Shown here: piece by piece, positions 1 to 8,840 of the stretch
Position numbering within the stretch: the first letter of the stretch is position 1
How the letters are laid out: every line of letters begins with the position of its first letter
Assembly: GCF_017545445.1 (NCBI RefSeq)
Contig: NZ_JAFWOM010000133.1
Coordinates: 54,120-118,119 of the forward strand
Length of the DNA: 64,000 bases
Source of the DNA: Fibrobacter sp.
GTDB lineage: Bacteria > Fibrobacterota > Fibrobacteria > Fibrobacterales > Fibrobacteraceae
Direction of reading: 5' to 3'
Translations under genes and position numbers: made by a program
The notes under the pieces: model-generated
What the model saw: only the letters and a program-made list of their open reading frames with translations
Told to the model about the DNA's origin: nothing
Databases searched by the model: none

Positions 1-110
1 CTCTCGTCTTTGGATTTTCGCTTTGCTCTAATCCCAAATGCTGGACTCGGTCATGCCCACGCAAGCGTGGTCGCGTCTCTCGCCCTACGCATTTGTCGTC
101 TTTCGTCTAA
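1..110. repeat. Intergenic repeat with (TC)TCGTCT heptamers and internal hairpin
   Basis: ctctcgtctt...gtcgtctttcgtct; reverse complement of the AGACGA(A/G)AG units at 7552-7723 and 11828. Confidence 0.5.
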
Positions 111-154
111 AACAATCCTAATTTTACTAACCACTAATCACTAACCACTGCATT

Positions 155-370
155 ATGCTTGACAACTACAAAGACATAATAGACTTGCCGTATCCGCGAG
201 ATGATTGGAACTTTTTGATGAAGCATCCGCGAATGTCCATTGCCAACCGGGCGAAAATCTTCAGCCCGTTTGCTGCTCTGCGTGGCCACAACGAAAAAAT
301 TGCAGAAACCGCCGAACATCATCTAGAAGCGAACCGCGACGAGAATATGCTGGAAAATGTGGATGAATGA
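155..370 (+). CDS. YolD-like small protein
   Basis: YKDIIDLP..HPRMS..RAKIFSPFAAL motif typical of YolD-like proteins found near Y-family polymerases. Confidence 0.65.
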   Translation: MLDNYKDIIDLPYPRDDWNFLMKHPRMSIANRAKIFSPFAALRGHNEKIAETAEHHLEANRDENMLENVDE

Positions 371-395
371 GTTCCCGATTGATAGTCAAATCAGA

Positions 396-422
396 AAGCC
401 TCCGGTTTTGGGCCGGAGGCTT
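396..422. terminator. Bidirectional intrinsic terminator
   Basis: aagcctccgg-ttttggg-ccggaggctt hairpin between convergent genes. Confidence 0.75.
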
Positions 423-463
423 GTTATTCAAGGAATCATGAAAATAAAATTTGCTTGCAAGAA

Positions 464-1198
464 TTAATCGTCGTGTTCAGGGTTATGTTCGCGGTCGCCT
501 TTGTCGTGCTTTTTCATGCGGTCGAACTGTAATGCCTTGAACTTTTCCAGCTGTTCTTTGGTGAGAATCTTGTTGAATTCCTTCACGCCGTTGATTCTGT
601 GGTTGAGCAATGCTTCTTGTGCCTTGAGGATGCCTGCTTTTGCTGCGGCGATTTTCTTGTCGTCGTTAGCGTCGAGTGCTTCACGGAGTGCTTTCTCGGC
701 TTCTTTCTTTTGTTTGCGAAGCACCTTGAAGGTCGAATCCATCAATTTGCGTTGCTGCTCCAAAGCTGCTTTTTGTTCGTGGGTGACTTGCAGTACGGAA
801 TCCATGAAAGCGGCTCCTTTTTTGAAGTCAAACTTCTTGTCAAACTTTTTGCCGTCTTTGAAACGGTCGCCTTTAAAGTGTTCGTCCATGAAGTGCTGGT
901 CGCGAGGCTGTTCGCCGTGGTGGAAGTGTTGCCCATGATGAGGGCCTTCTTCGCGGAATTCGCCGTGGTGACGTTTGCAGCAGTCCATTTTTTTCTTGCA
1001 ACAGTTACCTTGTTTCTTGCAGCAGTCGCCTGCTTCGCCAATTCTAGATTCGCAAATTCCTTTTTTTGAACAACATGTTGCGGCCTTGCTAGCGCAGAAA
1101 CTGCCAGAGTTGTTGAATGCGAAGGCTCCGATGAAGAAGCCGAGGGAGCAAGCAAAGATGATGAGGCTTGCAATGAATGTTTTTGTAGAGTCCTTCAT
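464..1198 (-). CDS. Spy/CpxP/ZraP-like periplasmic protein with Cys/His-rich N-terminal region
   Basis: N-terminal TM segment, repeated CC pairs and His tract, LQVTHEQ and LTKEQ motifs. Confidence 0.7.
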   Translation of the reverse strand: MKDSTKTFIASLIIFACSLGFFIGAFAFNNSGSFCASKAATCCSKKGICESRIGEAGDCCKKQGNCCKKKMDCCKRHHGEFREEGPHHGQHFHHGEQPRDQHFMDEHFKGDRFKDGKKFDKKFDFKKGAAFMDSVLQVTHEQKAALEQQRKLMDSTFKVLRKQKKEAEKALREALDANDDKKIAAAKAGILKAQEALLNHRINGVKEFNKILTKEQLEKFKALQFDRMKKHDKGDREHNPEHDD

Positions 1199-1539
1199 TA
1201 TTTTGTCTCCTCTAATAAATAGCTGATGGAACTGTATGTGTCTAAATTTTCAAGTTCGTCGTCGCTTGTTTCGCCGAGGTCGTTGTACCACGAGACGAGT
1301 TCGTCACTGGCGATGCTTTGTACGAGAATCGCTTCGGAATCCATGCGGTTGACGGCTACAAATGCGGTGATGAACGCAACGGCGATAAAGCTTGCGGCGA
1401 GCACGTACTTGGTACGTGTTTGTATAAAATCAATAAATTTATTTTTGCTGGAAGAATCGAGTCTTGCGCAGACCGTTTCCCAAGAGGATTCCCTGGGCTT
1501 GATTCTTTCGAGTCTTGAGAAATCGATTTGATCACGCAT
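1198..1539 (-). CDS. Probable anti-sigma factor, single TM
   Basis: 113 aa, one TM helix, overlaps the ECF sigma gene end. Confidence 0.6.
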   Translation of the reverse strand: MRDQIDFSRLERIKPRESSWETVCARLDSSSKNKFIDFIQTRTKYVLAASFIAVAFITAFVAVNRMDSEAILVQSIASDELVSWYNDLGETSDDELENLDTYSSISYLLEETK

Positions 1540-2077
1540 AGTTCATATTCTCCTGTAAATAGTTCTTGACGACGGTTCTTGCTCGACTGAGTCTTGCCTT
1601 GATGGTTCCTTCGGGCATGTCGTAGATTTCGGACAAGTCTTTGACGCTGAGTTCTTCGGCGTCTTTGAGCCAAAGCATGCTTCGCGTTTCGGCGGAGAGC
1701 TTTGAAAGTCCAAATTCCAAGAGTTCCGGGTCGTAGTCTATTTGCTCTTCGTGTTTGCTTCCGATGGCGGATGTCGTCAGAAGCTCGATGTGTTCGCCTT
1801 CGAGTTCTGCGTGGCGTTTCTTGGAACGCAGTCTCATGAGGCATTCGTTTACGGTAAGGCGGAACAGCCAGGTGCTAAGAGCGCTTTCACCACGGAAGTT
1901 CTTGATCTTGCCGGGAACTGAGACGAAAATATCCATCAAAACATCTTCGGCTTCGTCGCGGTTCTTGAGCATTCTGAACGCAAGGTTCAAAACGTTTGTG
2001 CTGTGGGATTTCCACAGCATGCCAAGCGCTTCGCGGCTTCCTTCTTGAATTTTCTTTATGATGACTTTTTCGTTCAT
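1532..2077 (-). CDS. ECF RNA polymerase sigma factor
   Basis: AEDVLMDIF, FRGESALSTWLFR, GTIKARLSRAR region 2/4 motifs. Confidence 0.93.
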   Translation of the reverse strand: MNEKVIIKKIQEGSREALGMLWKSHSTNVLNLAFRMLKNRDEAEDVLMDIFVSVPGKIKNFRGESALSTWLFRLTVNECLMRLRSKKRHAELEGEHIELLTTSAIGSKHEEQIDYDPELLEFGLSKLSAETRSMLWLKDAEELSVKDLSEIYDMPEGTIKARLSRARTVVKNYLQENMNYA

Positions 2078-2088
2078 TTCGTTATTTT

Positions 2089-2116
2089 TGATGTGCAGGG
2101 TTTTGTGTTGGTTGCA
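2089..2116 (-). promoter_or_regulatory. Putative autoregulatory ECF promoter
   Basis: Minus strand TGCAACC-16 nt-CATC just upstream of the sigma ATG. Confidence 0.45.
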
Positions 2117-2144
2117 TGAATACTAAAATTTTTTTTTGTTTATG

Positions 2145-2220
2145 CTGGCCCCGGCACGGAGGCCGGGGTGACATGTAGGTTGCTTTTTTTATTGTCACCC
2201 CGGATTTATTCCGGGGTCGC
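2145..2220. repeat. Inverted pair of REP-like palindromes
   Basis: ggccccggcacggaggccggggtgaca and tgtcaccccggatttattccggggtc; same family at 26379-26451. Confidence 0.75.
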
Positions 2221-2248
2221 CATTTCCTTTTAATTATATTTTACATCG

Positions 2249-3780
2249 ATGCAAAAAATTCTTTTTGAAAAATTGAAAGAGGCTTTTGCCTCTGTTTTGC
2301 CAATCACGCTTATCGTGTTGTTGGTGTCGCACACTCCGCTTGTTTCTTTTTCGGTGAAAGAGCAGATTGTTTTTTCGATCAGTGCAGTCTTTTTGATTGT
2401 GGGGATAGGGCTTTTTAACTTGGGGGCGGACCTTGCCATGACTCCGATGGGGGCGTATGTGGGTTCTGGGCTTACCAAGTCGCGGCGTCTCTTGCTGCTT
2501 GTGTCGGTGTGCTTTGTGATGGGCGTGCTCATCACGGTCGCAGAACCGGATTTGTCCGTGCTTGCAGAACAGGTGAAAAATGCGGTGAAGCCGGGGCTTT
2601 TGATTGCGACGATTGGCGTTGGTGTCGGGCTATTCTTGCTGCTTGCGATTTTGAAGATTGTGTTCAAGAAAGATTTGTCGGCAATTATCATTTTCTTTTA
2701 TATGGTGCTGTTCATGCTTGGGATGCTCATGGTGTCTGTCGGGCGGAACGCTTTTGTGCCGCTTGCGTTTGATTCTGGGGGCGTAACTACAGGGCCGATT
2801 ACGGTGCCGTTCATCATGGCTCTTGGCGTGGGTGTTGCTGGGGCGATTGGCGGCAAGAATGCATCGGAAAATAGTTTCGGCTTGATTGCACTTTGTTCTG
2901 TAGGGCCGATTATCGCGTTGATGGGATTGGTCGTTTTTTCGAAGGGCGATTTGACATACGAGCTTTCGACGGCGGCGTATTCGGTAGAAGCGAGTCTTGG
3001 CGAACACTTCTTGCCTACGATTTGGGAGGTTGCAAAGAAGTATTTGTGGCTTTGGCGTTGATTGTCGTGTTCTTTTGTGCGTTGCAGTTTACAGTGCTCA
3101 AACTTCCGTTGGTGAAGCTTGTGCAGGTGGGCGTTGGGATTTGCTATACGTTTGTGGGGCTTGTGATATTCCTTACTGCAGTGACGGTCGGGTTCATGCC
3201 GATTGGCTTTGAAATAGGTTGCGAACTTGCAAAACGCCCGTATGCTTTGGTGACGGCGGGCTTTATCATCGGCATGGTGGTGGTGCTTGCAGAACCTGCG
3301 GTGCATGTGCTCAACAAGCAAGTCGAAGAAGTGACGGGCGGACTTGTGACGAAACGCTCCATGCTGATTGCTCTCTCGGTGGGCGTGGGCGTTTCGATTG
3401 GGCTTTCGATGTTGCGTATCATTATAGGTTTCCCGATTATTTATTACTTGTTGCCGGGTTACTTTATTTCGCTTGCGCTTTCGTTCTTTGTGCCGAAACT
3501 TTATACGGCGATTGCGTTTGACTCGGGCGGCGTGGCGAGCGGTCCTTTGACTTCGAGCTTTATTTTGCCTTTGGCGATAGGTTCGTGCTCGGTGATTCAC
3601 GATGGCGGCGATTCCATTTTGAATTACGCATTTGGCATTGTGGCGATGGTCGCGATGACTCCGCTTATTACCATCCAGATTCTTGGCTTCAAGGCGATTG
3701 TTGCAAAGCTGTTGCGCAACAGGATGATGATGCGTCGCTTGCAGGATGCCGATGATGAACAAATTATTGATTTTGTGTAG
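2249..3780 (+). pseudogene. Tandem DUF1538 membrane protein, frameshifted
   Basis: Two halves each with AEP and AFDSGGV motifs lie in different frames; shift at ~3034 (gcaaagaagta, one A short of AKEV). Confidence 0.8.
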
Positions 3781-3788
3781 AGGTTCCT

Positions 3789-4202
3789 GTGGCTGAAGAA
3801 AATAATTTGACAAGAAAACCGATTGTACGTAAAAAGGTTCATTCCAAAGTTTCGATGAATCGCTTGAAGATTCTCGTGACGACGGTGATGCGGTCGAAGG
3901 CCGACTTTTACATGGACTATATCCAGTCTTTTGGGGCGAATATGCAATTTGTTCTTTATGGACATGGAACGGCCCCACGTGAAATTTTGACGGCGTTAGG
4001 GCTTGCAGACCCTGAACGTGCGGTGATTGTCAGTATCATCGGCGAAGATCATGTGCCTGCCGTTCTGGAATGCCTTGAAGAAAAATTCAGGACGATTGTG
4101 AATGGAAAAGGCATTGCCTACACGATTCCGATGGCGAGCGTGATTGGCAAGTCTGTGTTTAACTTTTTGAGCGATAACCGTTCCCAGGTGGGGAGAAAAT
4201 AA
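3789..4202 (+). CDS. PII-like regulator
   Basis: GHGTA and GKGIAYTIP motifs; typical DUF1538 neighbour. Confidence 0.8.
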   Translation: MAEENNLTRKPIVRKKVHSKVSMNRLKILVTTVMRSKADFYMDYIQSFGANMQFVLYGHGTAPREILTALGLADPERAVIVSIIGEDHVPAVLECLEEKFRTIVNGKGIAYTIPMASVIGKSVFNFLSDNRSQVGRK

Positions 4203-4204
4203 CC

Positions 4205-4555
4205 ATGGCCACGAATAGTCACGAACTTATTATTTGCATTGTGAATAACGGATTCTCCGATACTGTGATGGAAGCGGCGAAGGATGCCGGTGCACGTGGC
4301 GGCACGGTATTGAATGCTCGCGGAACGGCAAACAAGGAAGCGGAATCGTTCTTCCATATCGCAATACAGCCTGAAAAAGAGATTGTGCTGATTCTTGTAC
4401 CGGTGAACGTGAAAGATGCGGTGTTGCATTCGCTTTACGAAAAGGCCGGCCTTGATACGATGGGGCAGGGGATTGCGTTCTCGCTACCGGTTGATAACGT
4501 TGTCGGGCTCACGCCGTGGAAAGCTGACGCCAAGGCTGCCGAGAAGAAAGCGTAG
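4205..4555 (+). CDS. PII-like regulator
   Basis: AGARGGTVLNARGT, PEKE, GIAFSLPV. Confidence 0.88.
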   Translation: MATNSHELIICIVNNGFSDTVMEAAKDAGARGGTVLNARGTANKEAESFFHIAIQPEKEIVLILVPVNVKDAVLHSLYEKAGLDTMGQGIAFSLPVDNVVGLTPWKADAKAAEKKA

Positions 4556-4794
4556 TTGTTAATAGTTATTGGTTATTAGCTGTTAGACTAATTCGAAATA
4601 GTTAAAGCGTCATCCTGGAGCCTTTGTAACTAAGCGAAGCCGTTTTGCCTTTAGCCCCGGCCTCTGAGCCGGGGGATAGGATCCGGTTGATTTTTACTCC
4701 TTCACTTGGAAGTAATCGGTTTTGGGGTGTTTTGTGATAGTTTTTATCTATACCTATAGATGGTTTAAAACTCCATTTGCAAAAAAATAAAAGT

Positions 4795-4842
4795 TTAGCC
4801 TTGACTAATTAGCCTAGGCTTACTAAATTTAGTCTTGTCTAA
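4795..4842 (+). promoter_or_regulatory. Tandem DtxR/MntR-type operators
   Basis: TTAGCCTTGACTAA (4795-4808) and TTAGTCTTGTCTAA (4829-4842) upstream of the regulator. Confidence 0.75.
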
Positions 4843-4879
4843 TAAACTTAGGCGACGTTAACGTAAAAGGATCATCAAT

Positions 4880-5314
4880 ATGGAAAACAATCACGTGAAG
4901 CTCAGCCAGAGCCTCGAAGACTACTTGGAGATGGTGCACATGCTGCGCCTTGCGAACGGAATTGCCCGCGTCAAGGACATTGCAGCCGCCCTTTCCGTAA
5001 AGATGCCTTCTGTGGCAAAAGCGATTCTTGAACTTAAAAAGCTGGGCCTTGTGACTCAGGAACCCTATAGCGGTGTGGAACTCACCGAGGAAGGGCGTAA
5101 GGCGGCTGCCGATGTGCTGAACCGCCATATTCTTTTGAAGGGCTTTTTGATCCGTCTCGGCGTTTCCGAAGCGATTGCTGACAAGGACGCTTGTAGCATG
5201 GAACATATTCTCTCGGCTGAAACCCTTTCGACAATCGAGGACTTCATGAAAAAAGGTTCTGAAGGCGTCGTTGCGAAAAAGGCGAATGCTTTAAAGGCAA
5301 AAAAAGGAAAATAA
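4880..5314 (+). CDS. DtxR/MntR family metal-dependent repressor
   Basis: SLEDYLE, ARVKDIA, RH..L, DACSMEH. Confidence 0.92.
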   Translation: MENNHVKLSQSLEDYLEMVHMLRLANGIARVKDIAAALSVKMPSVAKAILELKKLGLVTQEPYSGVELTEEGRKAAADVLNRHILLKGFLIRLGVSEAIADKDACSMEHILSAETLSTIEDFMKKGSEGVVAKKANALKAKKGK

Positions 5315-5315
5315 A

Positions 5316-5600
5316 ATGGGTTGTAATTGCGGTTGTGGAGGCAAAACCTCTACAAAAAAATGGGATCTTGAACCAAAGTTTTCCGACCTCAAGAAAGGCG
5401 ATAAAGTGGAAATACTTGGCTATAACGAGGGCGATGCCCGCTACAAGTCCAAGCTTTTGTCGATGGGGCTTGTTCGTGGCGTGACGCTCGAAGTTTTGCA
5501 GGTGGCTCCACTCGGTGATCCGATTGAAGTCAGTGTTCTTTCTTACCGTTTGTCGCTTCGCAGACAAGAAGCGAACGTTCTTAAATTGAAGAGGGTCTAA
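5316..5600 (+). CDS. feoA: Ferrous iron transport protein A
   Basis: LLSMGL, APLGDPIEV, LSLRRQEA. Confidence 0.93.
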   Translation: MGCNCGCGGKTSTKKWDLEPKFSDLKKGDKVEILGYNEGDARYKSKLLSMGLVRGVTLEVLQVAPLGDPIEVSVLSYRLSLRRQEANVLKLKRV

Positions 5601-8557
5601 TGGCTCCGAAGCTTTTTACAATCGCTATTGCCGGTAACCCGAACTGCGGTAAAACGGCTCTATTTAATGCTCTTACGGGCGCTCGCCAGAGTGTTGGTAA
5701 CTGGCCTGGCGTGACTGTCGAAAAGAAGGAAGGCTTTTTTGAAATTGGTGACCAGCATATCCGCGTTGTGGATTTGCCGGGTACATATGCGCTCTTTGCG
5801 AATGCGGAAGACGAACGCGCCGCTGTCGATTATTTGCTCACTCGCGAAGCCGACCTTATTATTAATATCATTGATGCCTCGAACATCGAACGCAATTTGT
5901 TCTTGACCACGCAGCTTGTCGATATGCAAATCCCGATGGTGATTGCGGCAAACATGATCGACATTTCTGAAAAGCGCGGCCTGCATTTGGACTTGGATAT
6001 TCTTGCGGAACGTTTCGGCGTGCCGGTGATTCCGCTTTCTGCTGTGAATGAAAGGAGCATCACGAATTTCATCAGCCAGATGGCGCATGTTATCGCGGGC
6101 AAGAAGATGAAGCCCAAGACGATTGATTATGGCGAGAATGTCGAAAAGGCTATTGATTATTTGAAGCCGAAGGTGGAGCCCGTTGCAAAGCTTTTGGATA
6201 CGGATGCCCGTTGGGTTTCCCTCATGTACTTGGGCAACGAAAAGAGCTATGCAGATAAGTTTGCAGAAGCAAAGGTTCAGATTAATAAGGCCGAAGTGAC
6301 TGCCATTCTTGGCGAAGAAAGCGAATTTGCAATGGCGGATTCTCGCTACAGCATGGCTCACGAAATCGCAAGCAAGACGATTCTTTCGAGCCGTACAAAG
6401 AGAACTTGGTCGGACAAGCTCGATTCTGTGCTCTTGAATCGCTGGGCTTCGCTCCCGATTTTCCTCTTGGTGATGTATTTGGTGTTCTGGGTTGCCGTGA
6501 CAATCGGTAGCGCGTTCATTGATTTCTTTGACGTGCTGTTTGGTGCCATTTTCGTGGATGGCCTTGGCTACGTGCTCACGGATGTGCTGCATGCGCCGGG
6601 CTTTGTGTCCGCAATTTTGGCAGACGGTGTGGGTGCCGGTATCCAGACGGTTTCGACGTTCATCCCGGTCATTTTCTTCATGTTCCTTTGCCTTTCGTTC
6701 TTGGAAGACTCTGGCTACATGGCGCGTGCGGCGTTTGTCGCGGACCGCTTTATGCGATTCCTCGGTTTGCCGGGTCGTGCGTTTGTGCCGATGATGGTCG
6801 GCTTTGGTTGCGGCGTGCCGGGCATTATGGGTTCTCGCGTGCTCGAATCCAAGCGTGAACGTTTCCTCACGATTTTCCTTGTGCCGTTCATGAGCTGCGG
6901 CGCTCGCCTTCCGGTGTATGCGCTGTTTGCGGCTGCATTCTTCGGAACGCAGGCCGGGACGGTGGTGTTTGCCCTCTACCTTGCGGGCGTTCTCTTTGCA
7001 ATCGTCTATGGCTTGATTCTTCGCCGCTCCTTGTTCGTGGGTGAGGCCAGCAACTTTGTGATGGAGCTGCCGCCTTATCACTTGCCGAAGTTCAAGTCGC
7101 TCATGATCCATTCTTGGCTCCGTCTGCGAGATTATGTTATCCGTGCCGGTAAGGTGATTACGATTGCGGTTGCCATTCTCGGCTTCCTCAACAGTTTTGG
7201 CTTTGTTGAAAAACTTTATACGGAAATCAACGGCGAAAAGACTGAAATCGTGAAGAGCGAAGAAGGCTACGCCATGGTGCAGGACGAAAAGGAAGTCCCG
7301 CTCCCCGAAGGTGTCGTGATTGACGAATCCAAGGTCCAGACGGAAAGCGAATTTACTGCAGGTAACGGCGATTCCGAAAACAGCTTGCTTTCTGTGATCG
7401 GTAAGGCGATTACCCCGATTTTCGAACCGTTCGGTGTCGAATCGAACAACTGGCCGGCTTCTGTGTCGTTGTTCACTGGCCTCCTTGCTAAGGAAGCTGT
7501 GATTGGTACGATGAACTCCTTGTACTCCATGGCGGGTCCTGGCGACGTGTCAGACGAAAGAACGCTCGCCGGTGGCTCGCTACAGACGAAAGACGAAAGA
7601 ATAGGTGGTGGGGAAAGCCTTCCCCTCGCTCCTGCCGCTGACGCGGCATCCGCTACCCCTTCTAGCGGGGACACCCCGCAACGCCCCATTGCAGACGAAA
7701 GACGAGAGACGAGAGACGAGAGAAGTGATGTAGTCGCTGCTGACTCTGCTGTCACTGATAGTGCTGTAGAAAAGGTCGCTGAGCCCGCCGAAGCGCCCGC
7801 TGCCGCAGTGTCCGCTGAAGAAAAGCCTCTCATCGCTGGCGTGGATGAATGCCCTGCCGAAGAAGAGGAAGAAGGTGGCGCTCCGAACATCGGTGCTGCG
7901 TTCCTCGAAGCCCTCGGCACGATTCCTGAAAACTTGAGCGAAGTCTTTGGTTCCCTCACGGACATTCTCGGAACATCTGGTGAACTCGAAGCGCAGAATG
8001 CCGCAGAGCTCAAGAAAGTCACGCTCGATAAGATTCTTGAAGCCAAAGCGATTACTTGCGAAGAATATGCTTCTATCGAGACCTTCAGCGAAGATGAAGG
8101 TGCCGACAAGGCTCGCGAGGCGGTGTTTGCAAAGCTCGCTGCTGCAGGCCTCACGCTGAGCGAAGATGAAATCGGCGCTCTCGAAGAAGGAGACCTGAGC
8201 GAAACTGCTGACATTTACGCTAACCTCCGTTCTTACTTCCACAATCCGGACAAGAACGGAAACCCGGTCGATGGATTTAACTGGCAGGTGTTTGCGTTCC
8301 TCATCTTCATCTTGCTCTATGTGCCGTGCCTTGCTGCGATGGGTGTCGTGGTTCGCGAAATCGGCCTTGGGCTCGGCGTGCTGATGGCGGTGGTGCAGAC
8401 GGTTCTCGCTTGGGCTGTCGCGGTACTCCTCTACCAGGTACCGGTCGGTGGCAATGTGTTCTGGATTGTAAGTTCGATCATCGTGCTTGTGGCTACGTTC
8501 GTGTTCCTCAAACTCTTTGGTATGAACGCAAATAAGAAAGGGCGTTTCGAAGACTAA
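5600..8557 (+). CDS. feoB: Ferrous iron transport protein B with long acidic insertions
   Basis: GNPNCGKT, VGNWPGVT, DLPG, LEDSGYMAR, PFMSCGARLP, LYVPC. Confidence 0.96.
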   Translation: MAPKLFTIAIAGNPNCGKTALFNALTGARQSVGNWPGVTVEKKEGFFEIGDQHIRVVDLPGTYALFANAEDERAAVDYLLTREADLIINIIDASNIERNLFLTTQLVDMQIPMVIAANMIDISEKRGLHLDLDILAERFGVPVIPLSAVNERSITNFISQMAHVIAGKKMKPKTIDYGENVEKAIDYLKPKVEPVAKLLDTDARWVSLMYLGNEKSYADKFAEAKVQINKAEVTAILGEESEFAMADSRYSMAHEIASKTILSSRTKRTWSDKLDSVLLNRWASLPIFLLVMYLVFWVAVTIGSAFIDFFDVLFGAIFVDGLGYVLTDVLHAPGFVSAILADGVGAGIQTVSTFIPVIFFMFLCLSFLEDSGYMARAAFVADRFMRFLGLPGRAFVPMMVGFGCGVPGIMGSRVLESKRERFLTIFLVPFMSCGARLPVYALFAAAFFGTQAGTVVFALYLAGVLFAIVYGLILRRSLFVGEASNFVMELPPYHLPKFKSLMIHSWLRLRDYVIRAGKVITIAVAILGFLNSFGFVEKLYTEINGEKTEIVKSEEGYAMVQDEKEVPLPEGVVIDESKVQTESEFTAGNGDSENSLLSVIGKAITPIFEPFGVESNNWPASVSLFTGLLAKEAVIGTMNSLYSMAGPGDVSDERTLAGGSLQTKDERIGGGESLPLAPAADAASATPSSGDTPQRPIADERRETRDERSDVVAADSAVTDSAVEKVAEPAEAPAAAVSAEEKPLIAGVDECPAEEEEEGGAPNIGAAFLEALGTIPENLSEVFGSLTDILGTSGELEAQNAAELKKVTLDKILEAKAITCEEYASIETFSEDEGADKAREAVFAKLAAAGLTLSEDEIGALEEGDLSETADIYANLRSYFHNPDKNGNPVDGFNWQVFAFLIFILLYVPCLAAMGVVVREIGLGLGVLMAVVQTVLAWAVAVLLYQVPVGGNVFWIVSSIIVLVATFVFLKLFGMNANKKGRFED

Positions 8558-8582
8558 CCTGTATTTGAGTCAAGAATCATTA

Positions 8583-8618
8583 TTAAGGGCTGGCGGCCCG
8601 AAAGCTGTCAGCCCTTAA
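8583..8618 (+). terminator. Hairpin after feoB
   Basis: ttaagggctggcggc-ccgaaa-gctgtcagcccttaa. Confidence 0.65.
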
Positions 8619-8632
8619 TTAAACGCCTTAAA

Positions 8633-8646
8633 TTAGACAAAGCTAA
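8633..8646 (+). promoter_or_regulatory. DtxR/MntR-type box
   Basis: TTAGACAAAGCTAA. Confidence 0.65.
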
Positions 8647-8715
8647 CAATAATAGAGGAGGCTAATATATGTGCGTGGAGAAAAATGATTCTGAATGGAT
8701 AGAACTGAAAAAAAG

Positions 8716-8732
8716 TTGGCACGCTCTTTGCT
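8716..8732 (+). promoter_or_regulatory. Sigma-54 (-24/-12) promoter
   Basis: TTGGCACGCTCTTTGCT matches the TGGCAC-N5-TTGC consensus. Confidence 0.7.
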
Positions 8733-8840
8733 TAAAGAATAGTAAAAAGGGCGAAAAGCCACGGATTTTGTAACACAAAATGTAAAAAGCTGACGGAGTG
8801 TTACAAAAACGAAGAAATAAGTCCGTCATGGGAGTGAATT

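Noticed and set aside
2698-3978. 426-aa minus-strand ORF
   Set aside because: Antisense shadow of the DUF1538 gene.
5660-7111. 483-aa minus-strand ORF
   Set aside because: Antisense to feoB with no recognisable motifs.
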